A stretch of DNA of 63,645 nt, the filler included, from Octopus bimaculoides (lineage: Eukaryota), in the NCBI RefSeq assembly GCF_001194135.2. It is 8 parts of 8 records of this genome, joined end to end, with 100 filler letters (N's around TTAATTAATTAA, not from the genome) between each part and the next. Parts side by side here need not be neighbours in the genome. Positions count along the whole stretch, not along the records: positions 17,642 to 35,621 come from NC_068989.1; positions 35,722 to 40,316 come from NC_068986.1; 6 more parts are not named here. The stretch is one strand, 5' to 3'. The notes under the pieces were generated by a model. That model had not been told where the DNA came from. It saw only the letters and a list, made by a program, of their open reading frames with translations, and did no database searches. The position numbers and the translations under genes were made by a program. How positions within the stretch are numbered: position 1 is the stretch's first letter; every line of letters begins with the position of its first letter. Positions 24,283 through 37,797 of this stretch are shown in pieces.

Positions 24283-24490
24283 CTTTAAATTTTGGCACAA
24301 GATCAGCAATTTTAGGGGAAAGAGTTAGTCAGGTACGCTGACTCCAGTGCTTCTTGGCAGGTACTTTGTTTTTTCAACCCCAGAGAGCTGAAAGGCAAAG
24401 TTGAACTTGGCAGGATTTGAGCTCGGAACCTAAAGAACAAGGACAAAAAGCACAAGATATTTTGTCCTGTTATCTAATAGTTTTGCCTAT
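24283..24490 (-). mobile_element. SINE family C, degenerate copy next to (TAA)n at 24230-24279
   Basis: TTTTGGCACAAG..CAGCAATTTT, GAAAGGCAAAGTTGAACTTGGCAGGATTTGAGCTC. Confidence 0.65.
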
Positions 24491-24754
24491 CCATCACTTA
24501 ATCATCATTTTAACATCCACTCTTCCATTTTTGTACAGATCAAACAAAGTTTAGCGAGGCAGATTTTCTACAATTTGATGCTCTTCCTGTCACCACCCCT
24601 CACTTGTTTCCAATAATGAAGAAGAAAAAGAAAAAATGGAGAAATTCCCCAAATATAGAGATATTCTAGAAATGGAGATTGAAAAGAATAACAATTCCCA
24701 TAATAGGAGGTGTCTTTGGAATGATTTTTAAAAATTAGATACAAACATGCACAT

Positions 24755-24935
24755 AAAAGCACCCACTACACTCTCGGAGTGGTTGGCATTAGGAAGGGCA
24801 TCCAGCTGTAGAAACTCTGCCAGATCAGAGTGGAGCCTGGTGCAGCCATCTGGTTCACCAGTTCTCAGCCAAATCGTCCAACCCATGCTAGCATGGAAAA
24901 CGGACGTTAAACGATGATGATGATGATGATGATGA
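24755..24935 (+). mobile_element. Family D copy, inverted relative to 20523-20707
   Basis: About 180 bp, highly similar to the reverse complement of the 20.5-kb copy, with (GAT)n tail. Confidence 0.9.
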
Positions 24936-25048
24936 TACAGGAAAAGAACAGTATTAAACATTACGCATATTGAATACACTAGAAATCACAAAACATACAG
25001 AAAAATAGTACAACTAACTACTGTGTGTGTATATATATGTGTGTGTGT

Positions 25049-25369
25049 TGTTGTGGCTGAGGAGATTCATTCTCTTTTAGTGCCTTGTTTAAAACACTTA
25101 CGGGTAAAGTTTGCACTCATTTACTTATTTATTTTTCCTAAAATTTTCGTTGCGTTTTGCAACCTTTTCAGTAGTCAGTAAAACTATTGAAAAGGTTGCA
25201 AGACGCAACGAAAATTTTAGAAAAAATAAATAAGTAAATGAGTGCAAACTTTACCCGTAAGTGTGTTAAATAATAAGGCACTAAAAGAGAATGACTCTCT
25301 CCAGACACAACAAAATATGCTTCAACACACGAACTCACATAAAGAATCTTGCAAACCAAATCCAAAAAC
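25049..25369. mobile_element. Asymmetric fold-back repeat family 1, copy 2
   Basis: About 125-bp inverted arms around loop 25176-25182, plus about 57-bp one-sided extension; opposite orientation to copy 1. Confidence 0.8.
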
Positions 25370-28300
25370 AAAGTATATATATATATATATGTATGTATAT
25401 AAAATAGTACCACTCACTACTACTGTACATGTATATTACATAGAATTCTTTCAATACAAGAGCATTACATGGCACATTGTATATATANNNNNNNNNNNNN
25501 NNNNNNNNNNNNNNNNNNNNNNNNNNNNNNNNNNNNNNNNNNNNNNNNNNNNNNNNNNNNNNNNNNNNNNNNNNNNNNNNNNNNNNNNNNNNNNNNNNNN
25601 NNNNNNNNNNNNNNNNNNNNNNNNNNNNNNNNNNNNNNNNNNNNNNNNNNNNNNNNNNNNNNNNNNNNNNNNNNNNNNNNNNNNNNNNNNNNNNNNNNNN
25701 NNNNNNNTATATATATATATATATATATATATGAGGCAAATTGGCAAAGTCATGAGTGTGAGACAGAATTCTCCATAGTATTTGTTCCAGTTCCATATTT
25801 CCTGAGTTCAAATCCTGCCCAGTTGAACTTTAAATAAAAAATAATAATGACATAAAATATAGTACCACTCAAATACTGTGGTCATTGGTATCGACAAACC
25901 CATTCCCTTCAAAGCTGATGGCTTTGTACCTAAATCAGATACTACTACTACTACTACTATTGTTATTAGTTTATATCAGATCTTTATTTGTATAATTTTA
26001 TGTGAATATTCTTGTATTGTTATTAGACACATGAATCTCAATTCTTTTATTATTTTCTATGTGACATGACTTGTATACACAACAGTGTATAGCATATACA
26101 CATACACAGATTTCTGTGACAGTTGTACACTAGTCAGCGGTTCTACATGTTGAACCTGAATTAGCTGACTGGACAAAGCATCAAATGAACACCAGAAGGT
26201 CAAGAGTTTCACTCCTACCTTGTTGTTATATGACAAGAGAAATAGTGTGATTTAGTGTTAAAACATCTTTACCTTGTTGACAGAATTTGTGTGTGTGTGT
26301 GTGTTTAGTGGTATGTCTGGAGCAAAGCAATTTTGATTTGGATATATATATTTTGTTTACATTTTCTCTGTTTTTTATGTCTATCAATCTAGCTACTATA
26401 TTTGTTTATATCTGTAGATTCTACAGTAACAGCTGTTTTGCTGTAAAGATGGGTGTTATTAACTTACAGGGTTGATCTGTCAGTTAAATCCTTGATGTGA
26501 ACATTTTTTTCGTTAATCAGAAAGGAATAGCTGACAGCAATGTCATTTCAACTGAATACTTGAGTACTAAATACTTTGGGTCAGGTATAGCTCACCTCCA
26601 GCATTTCAGCTAATTCAGTCATCTGAGCCCCAAGATAAAAGCTGATCAGATAGTGCTACTAACAGTCAATTCTTGAAGCTTTAAAGGCTCACGTACCAAG
26701 TGGTTTTGCTTCAGCTGAATGCTCATTCTAGAATCTCACTTACAAAGCATGATTAATTTTTCATATCCCTCAGAGCTATTGCCCATGACTAACAGGGAAA
26801 TCTAAGTATTGTCCATGGCTGAAAGTGTAATATGAATACCATATTATTTATAATAGTTCTTCCACTGCAAAGAATTCTCTTTCAAGCCGACACTGGCTTC
26901 TGTGAAGTTGACTCAGTAAATATTTTCATAATTTCATGATTATATTCGCATGTATGAAAGATTCAGCTAATGTTTCAATATATTTTCACTACCTCTGACA
27001 TTATGCATTTGATTTGTCTACAAAATACTTTTCTCCAGCTATTCATACCCCTTAACAAACCCAGAACAGCAGGAGAGAAATGAAAAATTACTTATACAGG
27101 GTTATTCAAAAAGAATAACTGATTTCATTGAGCAATATTTTAATATTTGATTGTGAGTAAATACTTGTGACTTAGCTGGAGTTTTCTATTGCTTTTCCTT
27201 ATTAAAATATTGCATAATGAAATCAGTTCATTCTTTTTGAATAACCTTGTATAATGAGGACATAGTAAGAGGTATACAAAATCAATGTAAGCAATGTTTT
27301 CTTTTTTTAAGCAAACCTTGTCTGTTTGTTAGCATAATGCATACAACTCTATATATCTAATAGTTAGTCTATGTCTGACGTAGTTTCTTACATGTTTTCC
27401 TTTTTCATCAAAGTGGACAAAAATGAAGCGGTTGGAGTAGTTCAGTTAGTGGTAATACTAATACCATTTATTGCCGAATATTTCATTACCAGCCGACATA
27501 TCTATTATCACCTTCCTCTCTTTCATTTATTTCCCTTGTCCCATCTCGATTGCAGTCACAGCTGGTTGAGTGGATATGAGTGTCTTCTGCTGGCTAAAGC
27601 ATCAAGAAGTTACATATTATCAACAGTGATATATAGTGTCCATGGTCAAGACACTTTAATGCCTAATGAGTTGCTCCAAGTCACAAACAGCAGCACTGTG
27701 TAATATTGAGTAGAGGTCATCTTGCTCCTTCAAAATATGCTTACTCTTTCATATGAATCTTCTCATATTCCTCCTCCTAAGTGCCATGGTCTCTAATAGA
27801 AGAACTCTCTGTCTCTATCTATCTATCTGCTCAGTTCTAAGAATATTAGTCCTGACTGATATAGATAGCCATGGATTAAGACCAAGCTGCTGAATATGCC
27901 CCAAGACAAAACATACCAATGAAAGATAAATGCAGCGTCTCAAGTTAAGCTGATGTTCATGATTTTAGTATGTGTTTGATGAACGTAAAATTCTTTGCAT
28001 TTATTTTTTTATTCCCCAGTCTCAACTTGAACCCCCTACATTTTTCCACCATATATCTACGACTATTCTTTCTAAGAGACAGTCACCATTGTTCCATGAG
28101 ATGCATCTACAACTTCTTGGCTCTCAATGGTGATATGGGCACGTATGTCCCTGCATGACCTTAATTGAAGTTGGTGGATTTATTTAATGTATAAAACAAT
28201 TGTAAACATCTACATTTACCCCCACCCCTACCCACAAACACACAATTATCACCACTACCTGATTAACAGGCCTTTTCAAACATTCCATTTATGTCTTTAA

Positions 28301-31300
28301 AACAAAATGGTAGACATTCTGTCCAGCCCATGATAGTGGTGAGCAAGGTTTATGAGGATTGCTATTAATTTGACAAAAGTGTTTTAAAAAGATTGTGAAT
28401 TTCATTTATTTATATTTATACTTATATCTTTATTTTCTCTCCGGTTTTGAATTCTTATTTATTGTTGTTAAAATTTTTAATACTTTGTTTATAAAATTAT
28501 TTTTTGCTTTTTTAATAATTAATTTCCTAAAACAACAAAAATACCTGTTTTCACATAACATAATGAATATGAAGCAGTAAATATATATAAACGTCTATTC
28601 TTTGATGTTTTTTCATTTTCACGTGTGAGACGTCCTTACAACACTAGCCAATCAATTTTCACCAACTTTATTAAATCTTACATTACATCTGATGAGATGA
28701 GCTTTAATTTGGAAAAGGTATATTTTTTGCAAAGTTCCTCCAATACAATAAAGTTCTATAGCTTGATACTTGTCATTCAAAATGGGGGCATATTTGGTCT
28801 TCTAAAAGCATGTCCCATGAAAATTAATTTTTTTGAGCACAACATGCTATCAACTGAGAAAATCTGTGCTCTTGCAATCAGCCACTCATTGTTTTAGTAT
28901 TGGTGAAAATTAAACCCAAATGCAAATTATGAAAGAGAGGAATGCCCATCATTTATTTCTTCTGTTAGTGTTTCTGTTATTGTACATGTCTAAATACACA
29001 CAGACTTACACATAAACATGCACACACAGACTTACACTCAAACATGCACGCACACATTTTCATTGTGTATGGTTGAAATATGAAAACTTTTATTTTCTAT
29101 GTGAATCACTTTGCTGTAAAATTGTGGACAAGAAGTTTCCAATTCTCAGAATTTATCATTAATATACACCATTTATAATATTGTTTAGAACTGACAGTAA
29201 TAATTCTGCTGTGACTGTAACATTTGAATCTCAAGAAATTTTTCAGAAAACTAATCAATTTTTCCATGCTAAAACTAACCCAAAATAAATAGGAAGTATA
29301 CACACATCATCTGTGTGTTATACATACATACATATGTGTGTGTGTATGGATTAAAGCTACCATTGGTTTCATATTATCAAGCTTCTCACATAGAACATCA
29401 GTGTTCATTTTGTTTTTATCCAAAATGGAGATGAACACTAATGTTCCATGTGATAGGCTTCATATTTGTTGAAGGACTCCCCTTAGTATGAAACTAATGG
29501 TAGCCTTAACCCATGCATAAATAATTTTTATCCATCAATGTGGTGTTGAGCACTCATTGTCATTGTTTGATATGAGCGTATCAATGCTTCCACTATTCTC
29601 AAACATTGGATAAGCACTATATGTATTACACACATACATACATACATATTTTTAATATTTGAGATATATTTATCAGGTGGTGCTATTTGGGTAGATACAG
29701 TTTGAGTTGCTATCAGCCAAGTGTGTTTAGATACATGTGTGATGTACATAAGCATGTATACTTCATTGTAGACACTAGTTCAAAGTATACAGAGTGCTGA
29801 TGCGTATTTAAATTTTATGTAAATACAGTGTGTGTCAGTAGAACATGTATTTCTATACCCTGGAGTTCCTTATTACAATTTTCATTCATATGGATTTTAC
29901 AACTGATAGAAAAATCCAACTTCATTCTAGAATTGTCTATAGTTATATTCTTTATGTTTGTATTTTGAACTATTATATTATTATTAAAATTATTATTGTC
30001 CATAGTTTTGTAAAGCTGATGTAATGTTTAGAAAGAAGAACATCATTTTCTGAAATCAAGTTTAGTGGCTCAGATTTTTAAGTTCAAACCTCACCTAAGA
30101 CAACTTTTGTCTTATCCTTTTGAAGACGGTGAGAAAATCATTAGTAGTATATTTGGGTCATTTTGATTGAGTATAAACTTTTATTGTTTACAAATAATAA
30201 TTTGTATCTTAGAAATTGAACAAATGATTTTTTTTTTAATTAATTCCAACAGAGTATTTGGATCTACCAAATTGCTCTAGAAAGAGTCATAAGTTTAAAT
30301 CACAACTAAAAAGACAATTGAAATGCACAAAGAGGAGTACTAATGCACAGCCATATAAATCATGTCAACTTGAGGGAAAATAAGTATTAGTATCGGTAAT
30401 AATGATGTATCTGGGCCAGCTCTTAGCTGGTTATACTTACATTATATACCTTGCTTCAGTTTTATAAGAATATTTCTCTTGACTATCCTTAAATGAAATA
30501 TCTTAGACTATTTTTTTAAAGATCATAGCTGTTCTTCAAATATTATATAAAGGTACCTTACACTGTCTCATCTTAGTCTTTTTACCGACCATGTGGTTTC
30601 ATAAGACTGGTGGTGCTAAACTTCAGTTTCTGTAGCGTCAAACTAATAACAGTGTCACTTTAGAGACACCAGATACCGTTACAGATTTTACTGTTGAGTA
30701 GTCGATATTACAATGTGCACCGTCATTAAACACATGCACCAAAAATGCATCAGCTTATCCAAAGATTATTGAAACTTTCAGAATTAGCCAACCTATTATA
30801 AAGGATTTTTTTTTTAAATGTTACCATTCATGCATGTCTTGAATTTTTCTGAGAATTACTTTATACAACAAGGGCTCATTTTCCTACATATTTGTAATTT
30901 ATAATCCAATCTGTGTAATGAATCTATTGTTTGTAATAGAATCTATTTTTTCTATATTTTTTCAATTAGATTTCATCTTTTAATTATACTCAGGATTTCC
31001 TTACTTAAAACTAGTTTGCCTTATTACTTTACCTTCGACTTGGTTGTAGGTGAAGTAACTTGTTTTTATATCTCAGCCCTAGACTCTTCATTTTTTTTCC
31101 CTTGTTCATCATTGACCATGTCTTCTATTGTTTCTAATGATAAATATAATTTGCTCATTATCCAATATTAATCTTTTCTGATCTCAGATCAAATCCTACC
31201 CTATTCCATATTTCTTGATAATTTGTTCATTCATAATTCTTGTGAAGCCATCTCAACATTATTGATTTACTGTAGTTATGTATTCTTTGAGAATGTGGGA

Positions 31301-32403
31301 CAAATAAGTACTTTTTGTGAAAGCTTTTGCTAGGAGCTCAGTGAGCCAAGTTTACAATCTGGTTTCAATTCTCACTTGGAATCATTTTATAAGCATCTGT
31401 ATTCTTGAGAAAGTTAGAAACATCACATTTTCCATTTTCTTCTTCTTTTAAAGTCTAAAGATCTAATCAGCCATTGCTAATCATGACAAGTCAAACAATC
31501 ATACCTGTGTGTGTGTGTGTGTGTGTGTGTGAAGAGAGAGATTACAATAAAGTGATGTACGATAGCTGTGGAATTATGGGTAATTGACTGTTTTGACGCA
31601 TTGAATTTCCTCAAGTACAGAAATTTGTTTGTAAGCTGACTCACTAAATTACTCTTCATCAAATTGTGAGAAATAACCCCTTTTAATATACATGTTTTGA
31701 GAAAAATTGTAAGATGTTATCAAAGATGGCTTCATACTAAAATAATCATTAGTGATTTCTGATCAGGCTGAAGGTTATGACTTCTATGGTTCTAAGATTG
31801 AATGTGAATGAACTCTGAAAGATAAATTACAGCCCACATGGTCAAAAATTCAGATATTTTGTCGTCGTCTATAAGATGGATCCTTTTTTGTCAAAATTCA
31901 TTGGCTTGCTAAAAATAGGGACCAGGTCTCATTAATGATATGGATTAGCAGTAGAAATCTCAATGAGTATAGATAATGGAGGCAAAACTAAGAAAAACAA
32001 ATCATGGATTCTTGCAGATGGATGAAGGCTAAAATGTATATTTCTTGCTTTTGGAATCTAATATATTTTTTTAATTAGTAAGAGAGTCCAGAACCATGAT
32101 ATATGTAGGCCCTCACAATTTGTAGAGATAAATATAGTTGATACCCAGCCTGAACATTTTCAAAAGAAATGTAGGCAGGAAGAGAAATACAGATCTTACA
32201 ATAGAATGATCATGTGGTGGTGTTAAACTGGGTGATGTACTAGACCTGCCACTCATGAAAAAATAACTTGGTTTCCTTCTCACATCTAACCCTATAAAAC
32301 CTAAATTATCAATACTTTATTTATTTAAAGCTAAACAGTAAATTTCATGTAAAACAACAAAAAAAAAATTAATTTTCTTACATGTATATATATTTTTTAC
32401 TGT

Positions 32404-32786
32404 GGAGGCGCAATGGCCCAGTGGTTAGGGCAGCGGACTCGTGGTCATAGGATCGCGATTTCGATTCCCAGACCAGGCGTTGTGAGTGTTTATTGAGCGA
32501 AAACACCTAAAGCTCCACAAGGCTCCGGTAGGGGATGGTGGCAAACCCTGCTGTACTCTTTCACCACAACTTTCTCTCGCTCTTACTTCCTGTTTCTTTT
32601 GTGCCTGTAATTCAAAGGGTCAGCCTTGTCACACTGTGTTACGCTAGATATCCCCAAGAACTACATTAAGGGTACATGTGTCTGTGGAGTGCTCAGCCAC
32701 TTGCACGTTAATTTCACGAGCAGGCTGTTCTGTTGATTGGATCAACGGAACCCTCGACGTTGTAAGCGACGGAGTGCCAACAACAA
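32404..32786 (+). mobile_element. SINE family A, full length
   Basis: A box TGGCCCAGTGG, B-box-like ATTTCGATTCC, body shared with 19186 and 41532, (CAA)n tail. Confidence 0.92.
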
Positions 32787-34396
32787 AACAGAGCTCAAGA
32801 GATGTGAGTCATATTTTCCAACTTTCCAGTTGTGTATTTAGCATTTTAGATCATGCTTTCATCTGTTGTGAATTTCCAGTTAATATAAAACTAACTTAGG
32901 TAATATTTCAGTTGTTAAAGAACTGAAAAGTGTACAGAAATAGAGAATGCATTTTACTAGTACTGATCTCAGCTGATAAACTAATAAACATTTCCTTCCT
33001 TCAACTTAATATTCCCGCTAGACCAGATCTGTGATGCATAGTGAAACCTAAATGTGTGTCAGGGTGCCCAACACATCTTCAACATTGCAAAATATAAATT
33101 CCAGCACTATAAATTAACAAAGACTCATTAATTATAAAGTTTTATTGTTGCCAGTGTTGATGAATTAGAAACCTTTCTTGAAATTTCTTTATATTTAATT
33201 GAACTGAGCCATACAAGTTGTCATCGTCAAGTACACAATAATGTGTCAGGATTTCCAATAACGCTAATCTAAAATAATTCCTGCATTTCTGTACATTTAT
33301 AACCCAATGCCGACATTAGAAAAAAATAAAGATACAAAGTGTTATATATATAAAAAAAAAAGGAAAGAAATTTCTAAAACAAATTTGTTTTATATTTGTA
33401 ATTATTTTTTGCTTGTTTTTAATTATAACAAATATTTCGATATTTTCTCCACTAAGCAAAAAAAAAAAAATCGTTATACCAATATTTAATGTGTAGGGAA
33501 GGGTCTAAAAATAACCCTCTCAGAAATTTCAAAGCAATATAAAATTTCACCAGAAACATGTGATGAAGTGAGCTCTGACATTAAAGGTTTATATTACCTT
33601 GTATTTCTAAGTTTGAATCTTTAACATGCAGATCAACTTTGGTTTCGTAAGTTATCCAGGAATGCATAAGTAGCAGTAACATATTAGTTTTGAAACCAAG
33701 GCACTTGGCTTCACACCACCATCTCCTGCCTTATGCTGCTGAAGTCCTTCCTTCATCAGCATGATTAAAGTAAGGTTAGGGTTCTTGTTACTGCTGCTGT
33801 TTCATGTCATGCAAGGTATAATTAGCTTTGCAAGGGTCTGATGATTGGCACTACCTTAGGGAAGTTTACTATTTACAGATTTGTTGTGATGTATATGCCT
33901 TTCTCAAAGATATAAGAGATGTAGGAAGGAGAAAATAGATTCCAACTGGAAATCCAAATTGGTTCACAAACATACAATTTGCCAGCAGTTTAACTATAAC
34001 ACTGGTGAGGGTACTAATACTATGGTACTTACCTTTATGCCTAATTAAAATAATACAAATTCTTTTCTATATTTATTTACAGATGAGTTTTTTTAAATTT
34101 TATTTTTAACATTTGTTAAAATTGAACTACAGAAACAATACTGTCTGTAGAAGACAATTTTAGTATATGGTTTTTTTTTCTTTTTGATTAAAACTTAGTC
34201 TTGTATATTATTTGTTTGTGTTTTATTTCATGTGATCAGATTTAACAAGGGGGTGATATAAACCCCTGACCTAAGAACTAACTTGTAATGTTAATGATGC
34301 CAATGAAGGAACCTGTACACTAGGAGTGGGAAACCCATCTACTGTGAGCAAATTTTCAACCACATTCAATTTAGAAATCAATCATTAATGAATAAA

Positions 34397-34598
34397 TTAA
34401 TATAAACTAGCAATGTTAAATCTCTGAACGAGGTATTAACAGTAACTGTACGACAAAGTGAAGTATATTTGCCACACAGATGTGTGTCGATAGCCAGCTG
34501 GAGGAGATGTTCTCCTGGGGCTAAAAGCAACAGTAACATCCACCCTTAGGGGTCAGCCACATTTAAGTGGCAAATATACTTCACTTAATATAAACTAG
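34397..34598. mobile_element. Small insertion with 14-bp flanking direct repeat and internal 20-bp perfect inverted repeat
   Basis: TTAATATAAACTAG at 34397-34410 and 34585-34598; AAGTGAAGTATATTTGCCAC (34456-34475) / GTGGCAAATATACTTCACTT (34567-34586). Confidence 0.6.
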
Positions 34599-35551
34599 TT
34601 TTCTAATTAATGACATCACAAGAATACCTTGGGATTTGTAAAAATAAAATATTGTTCCTCTCAGCATAGATACATAAAAGACACTTGGTACCAAAAAAAA
34701 AAAAAACGAGTTTCCTGCTCCTGTTGTACATGGTTGCTCTACTTGCTAGAAACATCAGCCAAATCTCCCTCAAACTAGACTCTTTTGTCTTAAAACAGAA
34801 AGGACACACTGGATAATATAGTCTACTGCTTGAAAGAAAGAAGTGATGGTCAGAACTGGAATGCCTTTGGTCAGGACTGACCAAATAACAACCAATAATG
34901 TGTGAGCCATTGTGATGGAAGAGCCCTACTTAATTCATCTTCATGCAATGATCGAGAGGAAGATACATTGGAGAAGTTGATTTCCTGTTGCCTTATGGAA
35001 GCCCACCAGAACTGAAAGAGCCCAACACATCAAACTGATGAAACACCTTAATTATACAGTGTTAACTCTTTGGGACCAAGCCTACTCATACTTCTACATG
35101 GAATAAGATGCAAAAGAGAATAAGGATAAAATCATGTAAAAAACAAAAAAAAAATTCCCTTTTCTATTATATATATATATAGCCTGATAGACTCGGCTAT
35201 GTCAAGATGGATTTATGTATTCTTCCTCCCACTTGGATTTTTATGTATTCTTTCTCCCACTTGGATTTGAAATGTTGCCACAATTATATGTCTATTCTAC
35301 TGTAATTTTCTGCATTTTCGTGCAGCTGAAGATTGCTCTTCATATTGTATTTAATGTAATGCTCGCATTACTTAAATAAATGGAGTAGCATGAAACGTGC
35401 GTATTGCAATCATCTTTGAAATCCGTGTTGCTTATTTTGATCACCTATCCTTTTGGAATGGTTTTTATATAATACCATATCATACAATATTCTGGTGCCT
35501 ACGCATAAGTACCATATTCAATCTTGAATCTAAATCTAAACCTTCTATATT

Positions 35552-35615
<64 letters not shown>

Positions 35616-37649
35616 CATATANNNNNNNNNNNNNNNNNNNNNNNNNNNNNNNNNNNNNNNNNNNNTTAATTAATTAANNNNNNNNNNNNNNNNNNNNNNN
35701 NNNNNNNNNNNNNNNNNNNNNTATATATATATATATATATATATATTATACACACACAGCCTTATACAGATAATTCAATTCAATGCAACCTATAGAGTTT
35801 ATCTCTTAATGTAAGCAACGTTTCAAGTGTGGTAAGTCAGCTGAAACGATAATATATCGTATTAAATATACCCTGTAATGTTTGAGTACTTCACCCTTAT
35901 GTTCTGAGGTGAAATTTAGGCCGTCTTTATATTGCCTTTCATCCGCCAATGATCGATATACTATCAACTGCTAACATGGTGGGGTCTATTTAATCGACTG
36001 CCCGCTTCCTTTACAATGGTTTGTCTTGCCTGCAGTCCACGATAATCAATATATTCGAAGTTTTTGCACGGAATGAGGGCGTGGATGTCCGTACTGATAG
36101 AAGACTGAAATAAATGAGGATTAATGACTCGTGTCGTATTGAATGAGTTTTACGAGTCCATGCTCAATATACTTCACCATAAAATATCATATCAATCTTA
36201 CTTTAAGTATGTCCGTTTATAAAATATTTTGTGAAACTCCAAAATATAATAGTTAAAGGGTGAGAAAAATTTTGAAATTTAGTGTCGGATAAACAAACAT
36301 ATTTTTACTGATGCTCCACTACTAAATGTAGGCGTGATGAAACTTATAAAACTGACTCTAAACATACACAAAACATATATATGTATTAAGAATAATTATC
36401 ATTATGAGAATGAGAAGATCACAACGTTTAAGTATATAAAACTGTCCTGCAATTAGCCACCTCCTCATTTAGTGAAGGTATTTTGTTTCATAGCAGGCTA
36501 AATCATGTAAATATAGGAAATGTTTGGAGATTGTCAAACGGAAGAAATATTGCGTGAAACACTTAGGTTATATGAATATATTAAATGTTCGATTGGGGTT
36601 ACTCTGTTGACGAAAGAAAATGTGACATGCATATAGGAAGGAGTTGGGGAAGGTGGTTTGCTAACTGATATTAAGAAAGGATAGAAACACTTCTGTTATA
36701 TTGAAATGATTTAACGAGAAGGGCAACAGAGAAGTATTCAACCATTGGTTACTTGTAGTCCTTTCAATACCAGTAATGATCAAAGTCGTTGAACATCTCG
36801 TATTGTTGAAAGGTTACATTGCCGAATGTACCACTTCCTGGGTTTTCCTTTATTGTTTCGTTTGGATTAAATGTCTGCGAAAAACTTCGGAAGCTGGTGA
36901 GGAAAATATGTATCATTAATGACGGAGGTTTTAGTGCTATTTGTAACAGGTTAATCTACCACTGCAGGTTTCCTATGTGGCTTCTTAATCAGTCATTGAC
37001 TATGCTTTGTTAGTGGCCCTTTATCAAAAAACTAAAAAGCAGCTTGATTAGAAAACTACAGCAATGTTACTTTATAATATTAGAAAAAAATGTATTAAAA
37101 AGTTATGCATTATAAAGTAGAGATAACAACGAGGAAGTATATGGTTCTTTATCTGCAGCTCAGCCCTTCTCTATCAGCTCTCTATTAAGGTATGCAAAGC
37201 AGTTATATAACTCTAAATTCCCTTGTGTGCCTTTATTCTGTGTGGGAATGAATTCATTTGCTGGAGATTTGACTGGTATTTCTACCATTCTAGCCGATCA
37301 AACAGCCACATATACCTTCACATGTAAGCTAGTGCAGGAACTAATTATGTATATAGTTGTGTGTTAATCAATATAGATCGAAAATAATTTTTTTTTATAT
37401 ATATAATCGAACATCAATATTGACTGCTGACCTCCACACTTAGTTTAACTCTTGTCCTATCTCAAGTCATAATTAAATCTCCATTATCGATATATTTTAA
37501 TATACAATTTTGCAAAGTATTTTCGATTTAGTCAACATTGAATGGAACTGTAATAATTATCTCATTTTCTTTCGCTTATTATGTCATCAGATTGCCTCTT
37601 GATCTATCTTGCATTTATAGTATTGTTTTAATACCCCGCCTACTGGCTC

Positions 37650-37689
<40 letters not shown>

Positions 37690-37728
37690 TTAAACATATA
37701 TATATTTAAACATGTANNNNNNNNNNTG

Positions 37729-37797
<69 letters not shown>

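Noticed and set aside
23355-25837. Long ORFs containing X runs (also 4848-5439, 46677-47260, 48388-48906)
   Set aside because: Open only because N gaps and dinucleotide repeats lack stops
29859-30016. Asn-rich minus-strand frame (MDNNNFNNN..NKELQG) with possible splice sites
   Set aside because: Weak donor (G|GTATAG), and AT-rich sequence gives such frames by chance; insufficient support
32404-32470. tRNA-like sequences with A and B boxes (also 18397, 41532, 993)
   Set aside because: They are SINE heads continuing into shared bodies; no complete cloverleaf
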